Below, piece by piece: positions 1 to 8,006 of a stretch of 64,000 bases of DNA. The notes beneath the pieces were generated by a model. That model worked only from the letters and a program-made list of their open reading frames with translations, was not told the origin of the DNA and did not search any database. This DNA is from Pseudomonadota bacterium (lineage in GTDB: Bacteria; Bdellovibrionota_B; Oligoflexia; Oligoflexales; CAIYRB01), in assembly GCA_031416315.1 (NCBI GenBank), contig JANOTL010000061.1, forward strand, positions 1 to 64,000, written 5' to 3'. The position numbers and the translations under genes were made by a program. Position 1 is the stretch's first letter. The number at the start of each line of letters is the position of its first letter.

Positions 1-303
1 GGAGAAGATCTCTCGGTTCACCGCCAAGGCCTGCCCGGCCGGGACTGCCGCCACCTTCGCCGCGCGCACGACCAGCGAGTCTAGAGCTGCCATTTCTGCC
101 TTGAGCCTGCCGGGGGCCGACTCCGTGGAAAGCGACTTCAAAGAGTTCGAGCACACGAGCTCTGCGAGATTGCCGGTCTGGTGCGCCGCCGTCATCTTGG
201 TCGGACGCATCTCGTGGAGATGAACGGGAAAACCTTGGCGGACGAGCTGCCAGGCTGCCTCGGTTCCGGCTAAGCCCCCGCCAACGATGTGAAATTGCGG
301 CAT
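1..303 (-). CDS. trmFO: tRNA (uracil-5-)-methyltransferase TrmFO/Gid, 5' part only (runs off the window)
   Basis: My translation from ATG 303 gives [20 protein letters not shown]...HEMRP...[11 protein letters not shown], a FAD-binding GGGLAG motif plus the TrmFO ELVCSNS signature. Not in the ORF track because it is truncated. Confidence 0.92.
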   Translation of the reverse strand, partial: MPQFHIVGGGLAGTEAAWQLVRQGFPVHLHEMRPTKMTAAHQTGNLAELVCSNSLKSLSTESAPGRLKAEMAALDSLVVRAAKVAAVPAGQALAVNREIFS

Positions 304-442
304 GTCTAAAATCCGTTCATGTCCGGGAGGACACAGATGGAACGCGAAGTAGGGTGACCGCCATAGCACAGAGCTCCAGCCGCGTCCTAAAGGAATCGGG
401 CAGAGTGTCGTGGTTTCGGTATGTTACCTAGCGCAGAGACCG

Positions 443-458
443 TGGCACGACCGCTGCA
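443..458 (+). promoter_or_regulatory. Putative sigma54 (-24/-12) promoter
   Basis: TGGCACG-ACCG-CTGCA; GG (444-445) and GC (456-457) are exactly 10 nt apart, about 50 nt upstream of ATG 508. Confidence 0.7.
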
Positions 459-507
459 ATGTCTCAGATCAGGAACGTACGACACGGTCCGCGGGGAGGG
501 AGCTCAG

Positions 508-840
508 ATGAAAACCAAGGTCCTCATCATCGAAGACAACTACTACAAGTTCTTCACCATGAAGCAGGTCCTCGAGTCCCAGCTGAAGCTCCAAGTGAAC
601 GTCGTCGATGTCACCGACAGTGGCGACGTCCTGAACGCCGCCCAATCCGTGGAAGCAGATGTGATCGTGTTTCGCCCGAGCGGTGGCGTCGCCGAGCTCC
701 TCGAGAAGCTGAAGAAGCGCCACACGAACCGCCGCAACACCGAGATCACGTTGATCGTCGCCGAAGAGCTCGACGCCGACGTCGCCCAGCAGCTTCAGCT
801 CCGCCTGACCGGACACTCGCCCCGCGCCCGCGCCGCCTAA
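508..840 (+). CDS. Stand-alone atypical receiver-like (pseudo-receiver) protein
   Basis: ATG 508 follows a GGGAGG SD. KVLIIED matches receiver strand 1, but the phosphoacceptor strand reads ADVIVFRP with no Asp at the expected position. Confidence 0.6.
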   Translation: MKTKVLIIEDNYYKFFTMKQVLESQLKLQVNVVDVTDSGDVLNAAQSVEADVIVFRPSGGVAELLEKLKKRHTNRRNTEITLIVAEELDADVAQQLQLRLTGHSPRARAA

Positions 841-866
841 ACGGATCGACAGCAGACTTCCACTTA

Positions 867-889
867 GGGCCTGAGCATTGCTCGGGCTC
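867..889. terminator. Hairpin between convergent genes
   Basis: GGGCCTGAGC...GCTCGGGCTC imperfect inverted repeat between the stops at 840 and 912. Confidence 0.4.
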
Positions 890-911
890 ATTCGATTTTA
901 GCGGCAGCTTC

Positions 912-1613
912 TTAAGGACAGAAGGTCAGGTGCCCGCGCGGATGCGGATACTTCCGCGATGCGTCCGCCTTGGCCGGCGCCGGCGCCTTCGCCATGGCCC
1001 CCTGCCGGACGGGCTTAGGTGCCTTCGCCTGCACGTGCGCCAAGAGCTCGGCCGCGCTCGCGACGAGAGGCTCCGCCGTCCGCTCCGTCTTGGCCAGGAG
1101 CAGCGCGCCCTCTAGGCAGCTCACGACGAACGTGGCTAGCCGCGCCGGCTCCACATCGGCCCGGAGGAGCCCCTTGCCCTTCAAGGCTTCGAAACCCCCT
1201 GCCAGGGCCTCCCGCCAGCCCAGGATGACCTTCTGAAGCTCGACCCGAACCGTCTCGTTCTGAGCCGACAGCTCGGCCGCCAGATTGCCGATCGGGCAGC
1301 CGTCGTCGAAAAGGCCGTCGGCCTGCGCCTGGACGAGACGTGCCAGCCAGGCCCCGAAGTCGTCGATAGAGTCCAGCGGCCCTTCGAGGGCCAGGGCTTT
1401 CAGGCCGAGGCTGTTCTCGAGGTGATGTGAGATCAGCTCCTTCACCAGCGCGTCCTTGCTGGCGAAGTAGTGATAGAACTGGCTCTTGCCGGTCGCGGAC
1501 GCCTTCAGCACGTCGTCAACGCTCGTGCCGTTGACGCCGTTCTTGACGGTCAGCGATGCGGCCGCTTCGAGGATGCGGCGCCGCGTTGCGGCTCCACGCT
1601 GTGTGGTGTTCAT
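912..1613 (-). CDS. TetR/AcrR family regulator (LmrA/YxaF-like) with Ala/Pro/Lys-rich C-terminal extension
   Basis: N-terminal HTH (TRRRILEAA...GTSVDDV...GKSQFYHYFASKDAL) and GCPIGNLAAELS motif. Confidence 0.92.
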   Translation of the reverse strand: MNTTQRGAATRRRILEAAASLTVKNGVNGTSVDDVLKASATGKSQFYHYFASKDALVKELISHHLENSLGLKALALEGPLDSIDDFGAWLARLVQAQADGLFDDGCPIGNLAAELSAQNETVRVELQKVILGWREALAGGFEALKGKGLLRADVEPARLATFVVSCLEGALLLAKTERTAEPLVASAAELLAHVQAKAPKPVRQGAMAKAPAPAKADASRKYPHPRGHLTFCP

Positions 1614-1658
1614 GCAATTAGTCTAGCAAAGCCGGGCGCCGAAACAAAATCTGGCCGG

Positions 1659-1701
1659 AAAACTTTGCCCCTCGGGCCGGCGTGCGGCGCGAGGGGCAAA
1701 G
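1659..1701 (-). terminator. Probable intrinsic terminator of the 1724..1933 gene
   Basis: 12-bp stem CTTTGCCCCTCG/CGAGGGGCAAAG (1663-1701) followed by TTTT on the minus strand. Confidence 0.55.
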
Positions 1702-1723
1702 CGAACGAAGAAGGGTGTCGGCT

Positions 1724-1933
1724 TTAGTTGCTGGACTCGTCGTCGTCCTTTTGCAGCTCGCTCGTCAGGATGTCGAGGAGCTGTGTGGACACGGAGATGA
1801 TGTGACGGGCTTCGCAGCCTTCGTCTTGCAGCTGGCGGTAGATGGCGCTGGCCAGAACCTTCACCGCTTTGTCGGTGACGAGAGGCTTAGCGTCGGTAGC
1901 GAGCGCTTTCGAACTGGCGGCGATGCTCTTCAT
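1724..1933 (-). CDS. Small helical hypothetical protein (69 aa)
   Basis: ATG 1933 has a GGGGGA SD. Amphipathic KAVKVLASAIYRQLQDEG...IISVSTQLL; followed by a terminator. Confidence 0.7.
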   Translation of the reverse strand: MKSIAASSKALATDAKPLVTDKAVKVLASAIYRQLQDEGCEARHIISVSTQLLDILTSELQKDDDESSN

Positions 1934-2225
1934 GTCCAGATCCCCCAAATGCACGTCGGCACGCGGTCACGGAGTTCCCGCATTTCTGACGTATCCAACG
2001 TTCGTGCCACTTTCCCGTATCCTCGTCACTCGGGTCGCAATTGTCAAATCTGCAAGGTGGTTTTGAGGGGTCCTTAACCGGAGTTTAAACCTGCCGGTAC
2101 GGCAGGATCCGGGTTCCTTTCGGCCCTGGTTGTAACGTAAAGTACACGGCTCCCGTGTCAGAGGTGCCTCGATGTCAGTCAAATCGATTTATGATCGACA
2201 AGTTGCGCCCGCAAGGGGCGAACTC

Positions 2226-3104
2226 ATGAATGCTTTCGGGCTCTTCCTGCACTTGGTGCCGAAGAATCTCGTCAGCTGGATCACTGGCGCGATCGTGCGA
2301 CTGCGCCTGCCTGGACCGATCGGTCCATGGATCGTCCGCCGCTTCGCTGCTGCCTTCAAGCTGGATCTCGATGAAGCGGAGCTGTCGCTCGCAAGCTACG
2401 CAACGATCGAGGAGCTGTTCACGCGTCGGTTGAAGCCAGGCCTGCGCCCGCTGTCGGGCCTCGTCTCGTCGCCCGCCGACGGGCAACTCGCTCGCTCCGC
2501 CGCCTGCGACCTCGGAACCTCAGTCCAGGCGAAAGGCTTGAGCTACTCGCTCTTGGACCTCGTCTACGGCACGATCGCCGCCGCTAGTCCGGACGACGCC
2601 GCCCGACGTGTAAAGCCGGAGGAGTTTGCCTGGCAGACGACGGTCTACCTCGCCCCCCACAACTACCACCGGGTTCACTCGCCCTTCAGCGGCAAGATCA
2701 CGGCCGTCCGGTACCTGCCGGGCGAGCTTTGGCCCGTAAACGTGCCCTTCGTCCTGCGCACGCCGCGTCTTTTTGCCCGCAACGAGCGCCTGGTCTTCGA
2801 TTACGAAGTCGAAGGCGGCGGCCGCGCCTTCGTCGTGATGGTTGGCGCATTGAACGTCGGGCGCATGGTGACGCCGCTCGTGCCGGATCTCGTGACCAAC
2901 TCGCTTTCCCGGCAGAGCGGCGCCAAGCCCCGGGTCCACCGCTACACCGAGCCGCGTGCGGTGGCGCAGGGAGATGAGCTCGGCACCTTCATGCTCGGCT
3001 CCACCGCGATCGTCGTGTACGACCGAACCGTCGCCGAGCGGGTGAAACCCGTGGCCAACCTGGAAAACCGCCCTATACTGATGGGGCAATCCCTTTCTGA
3101 ATGA
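2226..3104 (+). CDS. psd: Phosphatidylserine decarboxylase proenzyme
   Basis: FTRRLKPGLRP, SPADG, QAKG, YLAPHNYHRVHSP, NER, VGALNVG and the LGST autocleavage motif. ATG 2226 preferred over 2172. Confidence 0.93.
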   Translation: MNAFGLFLHLVPKNLVSWITGAIVRLRLPGPIGPWIVRRFAAAFKLDLDEAELSLASYATIEELFTRRLKPGLRPLSGLVSSPADGQLARSAACDLGTSVQAKGLSYSLLDLVYGTIAAASPDDAARRVKPEEFAWQTTVYLAPHNYHRVHSPFSGKITAVRYLPGELWPVNVPFVLRTPRLFARNERLVFDYEVEGGGRAFVVMVGALNVGRMVTPLVPDLVTNSLSRQSGAKPRVHRYTEPRAVAQGDELGTFMLGSTAIVVYDRTVAERVKPVANLENRPILMGQSLSE

Positions 3105-3113
3105 GACGCCGCG

Positions 3114-4538
3114 ATGATCGAGCAAAATGCACGGCAGACGAAAGTCATCAAGTCCTTCGAAGGACGCGCCCTGACGACCGCCGGCGCCGAGCAGGTGGCG
3201 CGCGAGGATGTCGACGTCGTCCGCCTCGTCTACGACAAGCAGAGCGTCGCGGGCATCCGTGAGTTCCTGACGACGCTTGCCGGTCAGACGACCGTTCACG
3301 GCCGCAGCCCGGTCATGCTCGACATCTCGAGCTGGATCCAGGGCCTCGCCAAGGTGAAGCAGGCCCGCGAGGTCAGCCACGCCGAGACGATCGTCGTCGT
3401 GCCCGTCGGTACGAAGCTCGAAGGCGCGCTCGAGGTCGAGACGGAAATCTGGGCAAAGCTCTGGACCGCGAACGCGAAGGTCTTCTTCGGCTCCGGCCAA
3501 GTTTGCGCCAAGGTCAAATCGATGGCCGACAAGAAGATCGAGCTCGAAGTCACGCAAGGCGGCACGATTTTTCCCGACGCCGAGATCTTCATCCCGGAGA
3601 CTCGGAAGGACCAGGACCGCGCCCCGCCGGCGCTCGCCGACCTCAAGCCGCTCGTTGATGCTGGCGTCGATTATCTTGTTATTCCAGGGGCTTGGAGTTC
3701 TGACCGCATCAGCGAGTTTCGCTCGCAGATCGTCCAAGCTTACGGCGACATCTCGCCTTGGCTCATTGCGAAGGTCGACTCTGACAGCGTCGTGACGCGC
3801 CTCGAGGACTTCCTCGAGCTCGTCGAAGGCGTGCTGATCTCGCGTCGCGAGCTCGCGCTGTCGACGAATCCAGCGACCGTTCCCATGATCACCAAAGAGA
3901 TCATTCAGCTCTGTAACGACCATGCGAAGGTAGCTGTGACCGCGAGCGAGATGCTCGCGTCGATGCGCCGCAACGTCACGCCCACGCGCGCCGAAGTGTC
4001 CGACATCGCCAATGCCGTTCTCGACGGCACCGACGCGGTCGTGCTCTCGGAGGAGGTCGCCAACGGGAAGTACGGCCTGCAAGCCGTCCAGGTGACGCAG
4101 CGGATCATCCTCGACATCGAGGGCGCGCGTAAAGTGAAGCCGAACTGGATCAAGAGCGTACCGACCGTGGCCAACGAGATGGACGCCACCTGTTACAACG
4201 CCTACAAGACCGCCGAGCGCATCAAGGCGAAAGCCATCGTGTGCATCACGCGCGGCGGCAACACGGCGCTGAAGCTCGCGAGCTTCCGCGCGCCGATCCC
4301 AGTAATCGGCGTCACCTTCTCGCCCGCGGTCGTGCGCCGCCTGCGCCTGGTCCGCGGCGTCTCGGCCCTTCTGCTCAACATCGATCCGAACATCGACGAA
4401 GTCTTGCCGCTGGTGAACGACCATCTCGCCCGCGAAAGTTGGCTGAAGCCGGGCGATTCGATCATCTTCGTCTCGGTCACGTTGTCCTCCGTGGGCCGTG
4501 AGTCGAGCAACCTCTTCTCGGTTCAGAGGATCATCTAA
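3114..4538 (+). CDS. Pyruvate kinase homologue with divergent active site
   Basis: PTRAEVSDIANAVLDGTDAVVLS and a PK C-domain (TRGGNTA, RRLRLVRGV) are present; several catalytic motifs are altered (see findings). Confidence 0.85.
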   Translation: MIEQNARQTKVIKSFEGRALTTAGAEQVAREDVDVVRLVYDKQSVAGIREFLTTLAGQTTVHGRSPVMLDISSWIQGLAKVKQAREVSHAETIVVVPVGTKLEGALEVETEIWAKLWTANAKVFFGSGQVCAKVKSMADKKIELEVTQGGTIFPDAEIFIPETRKDQDRAPPALADLKPLVDAGVDYLVIPGAWSSDRISEFRSQIVQAYGDISPWLIAKVDSDSVVTRLEDFLELVEGVLISRRELALSTNPATVPMITKEIIQLCNDHAKVAVTASEMLASMRRNVTPTRAEVSDIANAVLDGTDAVVLSEEVANGKYGLQAVQVTQRIILDIEGARKVKPNWIKSVPTVANEMDATCYNAYKTAERIKAKAIVCITRGGNTALKLASFRAPIPVIGVTFSPAVVRRLRLVRGVSALLLNIDPNIDEVLPLVNDHLARESWLKPGDSIIFVSVTLSSVGRESSNLFSVQRII

Positions 4539-4560
4539 ACCAAGCTCGGGAGGCGCGGAG

Positions 4561-5559
4561 ATGCGGCTTCTTCTTCTGGCGGCGCTTTGTCTTTTTACGG
4601 GCACGGCCCTCGGTCAAGGCACGCCGTCACCGCCTGCCGCGGCGCCCGCGGCGCCGGTGAAGGCGACGAAGCGGTCGGACGAGCCGACCGGCAACGCCGG
4701 CTACGCGACCGTCGAGCTACGCCATCACATGAACACGTATTATTCGACGGACGGCTTTTACGAGCGGCAAGAGCCTTCGGTGCACGCGCGCTTTCAGGTC
4801 GGCGCCAAGCTCTACAGCGGCCTCCTCGACGTGTATGCGACCTTGGGCGCCTATAAGATGCCGGGAACGCAACAGGTTCTGCAGCGTCGGCCGGAGATCG
4901 GGATCGACCTCAGGCCCATCCGGCACGAGAATTTCGAGCTGCTTCAGTACACGCTGATCCAGCTGCCTTACCGCGAGACGAAGCCGGATCCGGAAACGCA
5001 GGAGGGCGGTGAGATGGGCACAGTCGTCCTCCTCGGCGTCGCGCCGCTCATTCGGATGCCGATCGCGGGCGCCGGCGCGCGCTGGGAGCCCAAACTTGGC
5101 GGCGATCTTTGGACCCGGCTTTTCAGCCGCCGACAATACACCGGCGACTACCGTCAGGACGGGCAGGGCTACGATGAGGACGAAGAGGGACATCTTTCGC
5201 TGACGGACGGCACGGTCCAAGAGCCGATCGAGGACACGGCCTTGCACTATCGCTCCCTCGTCACGACGGGTGTCACGATGTCGCCCCTCGCCTTGCCCGA
5301 GCTAGCGACCGAGCTCACCGCGAACCACTTTTCGAAGTTCGAGCCACGCTACACGCTAGACGACGAGCAACGCGTGACGCAGGACTACGCGGCGGAGCGC
5401 TACTCTTACGTGCGGTGGCGGCTGCAATTCCAGCTATCCGAGCGCTGGAGCATGACCAACGAGTTCTACGCGTTCTACGACGACGCGTTTCAGGGTAAGC
5501 GCACGGGTCCCGTGGACCGCCGGTATCGCAACGTGGCGCGCGTCACCTGCCGGATGTGA
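4561..5559 (+). CDS. Exported hypothetical protein, possibly an outer-membrane beta-barrel
   Basis: ATG 4561 after GGAGG/GGAG; signal peptide MRLLLLAALCLFTGTALG; aromatic-rich alternating strands such as YVRWRLQFQL. Confidence 0.65.
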   Translation: MRLLLLAALCLFTGTALGQGTPSPPAAAPAAPVKATKRSDEPTGNAGYATVELRHHMNTYYSTDGFYERQEPSVHARFQVGAKLYSGLLDVYATLGAYKMPGTQQVLQRRPEIGIDLRPIRHENFELLQYTLIQLPYRETKPDPETQEGGEMGTVVLLGVAPLIRMPIAGAGARWEPKLGGDLWTRLFSRRQYTGDYRQDGQGYDEDEEGHLSLTDGTVQEPIEDTALHYRSLVTTGVTMSPLALPELATELTANHFSKFEPRYTLDDEQRVTQDYAAERYSYVRWRLQFQLSERWSMTNEFYAFYDDAFQGKRTGPVDRRYRNVARVTCRM

Positions 5560-7337
5560 GCGCCGAACAGCGGGAAAAGCAGGGCTGAGACAAGCAGCAG
5601 GACGGTGCTCGTCGTGCCTCCGGGCGCGTTCCCAGGGATACGACTGCATCCCGGCTGCACGCGGTCGAGGTTAGCGAAGACCGGTAGATTTTGCGACGGC
5701 GTCAGATTGATCGCGGCATATGCGTTCAGCAGCCCTAGGCCAAGGAGCGGCGTGCGCGCCTCTTCGCCGTCGAGCTTCGGGTAGTAATAGTGGTAGTTGA
5801 AGCCCTTTTCGAACTCGCGCGAGTAGAAGCCCGGATCCGCGCTCTTCAGCAGCCACCCGCGCAAAGCTTCGAAGCTGATTCCCGGATAACGCGCCACCAT
5901 CAGCCCGGCGACGCCGGCGACGACCGGCGAGGCCATCGAGGTCCCGGATTTCAGGTCGAGCTCGCCGCCCGGGATCGTGGAAAGGAGGTTCGAGCCAGGC
6001 GCTGCGATGTCGACCCAGTGCCCGAAGTTGGAGAACGAGACCTTACGGAGCTTGCTGTCGACCGCGGCCACGGCGACGGCGTCGCTGAACGCGGCGGGAT
6101 ACTCCATCGACAACGTGTCTTCGTTTCCGGCGGCGCCGACGACGAGCGCCCCGCGCTTCTCCTTCATCAAGCGGATCATCAAACCGACGGTGCGCGAGCG
6201 CACAAACTTACCGAACGAGGCATTGATCACGCGCACCGCGGCGCTGCCCTCGCGCCGGAAGAGCGCGACGTACTTGAAAGCCGCGATGATCGAGCTGTCG
6301 AGAATGCCCGAGTCCTTCCCAATCTTGCTGACGATCTTGAGCACCATGATCTGGCAGACGGGGCACATCCCGCCGGTAGCGCGACCCGTCGAAGGATCGC
6401 TCCAGGTGGAGTCCGCTGCGACCAGTCCTGCGACGTGCGTTCCGTGCGAGCAGTTGCTGTCCTCGCTCCCGCATGACTGGCCCGGGCCCGTCGTTCCGAA
6501 CGGGTAGACGTCGCCGTTGCCTAGCTTGCCGCGCTCGACGACGGTGGTATTGCAGCCGTGCAAGTCGTTCGAGCAATTCGCCGCGCCTTGGTCGGAGTTG
6601 ATCCACATCCGGTCCTTCAACGCCGGATGCTCGTAGTCGACGCCGCTGTCTAAGACGGCGACGATCGGCCGGTCGGCGACGACGTCGGCGTCGGTCGGCG
6701 TACCCGGTACGGCCAAATCACGTTGCGCGATCGAAGCGAAGGCTTGTGCCACGTTGATAGACTTGAGCCACCAGTAATTGAGCCTTTCGTAGCTTTCCGC
6801 CTGCTGCGTGAAGATGTTCGGCGCGGCGGGGTCCGGCTCCTGCGAAAGCTGGCTCACGCCGTTCGGCTCCGCGTACCATAGCTCGCCATTTTCGTCCCAC
6901 TCGTCGAGCAAGGAGCGGGCGCCGCCCTCGTCGGCGAAATCGACCCGCGTGACGCTGGCGACGGAAGGCGCGCCTTTCAGGCCGTCTGCAAGGCGCCGCG
7001 CCACGGGACCCAGATTTTGCACCTCCGCACGCGGCGCGGCGGCGAGGTCGAGCGCCGTCAGGAACTGAAGCTCCTTGACGCGCGGGTCGGCGAGGTAGCG
7101 CTCGGCGAGTAAACTAAAATGTGTTTTATGCTCGGCCGTGTAGCTGCCGAACGCGAGCATGTCGCGCGCCTCCGGCGGCGTGCGAAATGCGACGATGTAG
7201 CTTTGCGGCAACACGCTTTTGCGCGCGATCTGATCAGCGGTAGCGTGCACGACGGCTCGCGAGCGCGGCGGCGGCGTCCAAGCCCCTCCGCACCCGACCA
7301 AAAGCAGCGAGATGGAAGCCATTAGCCGCCCGAACAC
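5490..7337 (-). CDS. Subtilisin-like S8 serine protease; N-terminal lipobox and C-terminal hydrophobic anchor
   Basis: Triad motifs VLDSG, HGTHVAG, GTSMASP plus AAGN; lipobox LLVGC. Start may be GTG 7337 or ATG 7322. Confidence 0.92.
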   Translation of the reverse strand: MFGRLMASISLLLVGCGGAWTPPPRSRAVVHATADQIARKSVLPQSYIVAFRTPPEARDMLAFGSYTAEHKTHFSLLAERYLADPRVKELQFLTALDLAAAPRAEVQNLGPVARRLADGLKGAPSVASVTRVDFADEGGARSLLDEWDENGELWYAEPNGVSQLSQEPDPAAPNIFTQQAESYERLNYWWLKSINVAQAFASIAQRDLAVPGTPTDADVVADRPIVAVLDSGVDYEHPALKDRMWINSDQGAANCSNDLHGCNTTVVERGKLGNGDVYPFGTTGPGQSCGSEDSNCSHGTHVAGLVAADSTWSDPSTGRATGGMCPVCQIMVLKIVSKIGKDSGILDSSIIAAFKYVALFRREGSAAVRVINASFGKFVRSRTVGLMIRLMKEKRGALVVGAAGNEDTLSMEYPAAFSDAVAVAAVDSKLRKVSFSNFGHWVDIAAPGSNLLSTIPGGELDLKSGTSMASPVVAGVAGLMVARYPGISFEALRGWLLKSADPGFYSREFEKGFNYHYYYPKLDGEEARTPLLGLGLLNAYAAINLTPSQNLPVFANLDRVQPGCSRIPGNAPGGTTSTVLLLVSALLFPLFGAHIRQVTRATLRYRRSTGPVRLP

Positions 7338-7399
7338 CGTTGAATCCCCCCAATGGATCGAATAGATTCTTTTATTCGCTAAGCCGGGAGGACTTCAAG

Positions 7400-7831
7400 G
7401 TGTCACTCAAAGTTCGGATGAACGAAGACCTCAAGACTGCCATGAAAGCGCGCGACACGCTGCGCCTCAGCGTGCTGCGCATGATCCTGAGCGAGATGAA
7501 ATACGCGCAGGCGGCCGTGAATCTCCGCGAAGAGCTCGGCGACGACGAGGTCCTAAAGGTCGTCTCGACCTACCACAAGCGTCTGGCCAAATCGCTCGAC
7601 GAGTACCCCGAGGGCGAGCGTCGCGTCGCCATCCGGGCTGAGCTCGCGATCGTCGAAGACTACCTCCCGAAGAAGGCCAGCGAGGCCGAGGTTGCCAAGG
7701 CGATCGACGCCGTCCTGGCCGGTACGACCGACCGAACCTTCGGGCCTCTAATGAAGGAAGTGCTCGCCAAGCTCGGCGGTGCGGCCGACGGCAAGGTCGT
7801 AAGCCAGCTCCTAAAGGCCCGTCTAGGCTAG
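7400..7831 (+). CDS. GatB/YqeY domain protein
   Basis: DLKTAMKARD..RLSVLRM, ELAIVEDYLP, GPLMKEV..KLGGAADGKVVS. GTG 7400 follows GGGAGG. Confidence 0.88.
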   Translation: MSLKVRMNEDLKTAMKARDTLRLSVLRMILSEMKYAQAAVNLREELGDDEVLKVVSTYHKRLAKSLDEYPEGERRVAIRAELAIVEDYLPKKASEAEVAKAIDAVLAGTTDRTFGPLMKEVLAKLGGAADGKVVSQLLKARLG

Positions 7832-8006
7832 CTTCGTCGGTCTCTCATGTTCTTTGGACCAAGCGCCGCTCAAGGGCTCGAGGTTGTCTCGCCGTCTTTT
7901 CCCGCGATAAAATCCAAGGAACCAATCCCACCTCAATTGTTTCCCATCTCGTCCGATATAAAGTCAGTGGTCAGAATTTCATCGTCTGTTCCCCTAGAGG
8001 CTTCCC

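Noticed and set aside
1934..2225. Possible riboswitch (e.g. c-di-GMP) in the long intergenic region
   Set aside because: Hairpins are present but I could not match the conserved aptamer motifs; an Rfam scan would be needed.
2520..4604. Long antisense ORFs (694 aa here; also 8037..9674, 16697..17758, 22830..24209, 32605..33813)
   Set aside because: They shadow well-supported genes on the opposite strand and show no motifs; expected from high-GC codon bias.
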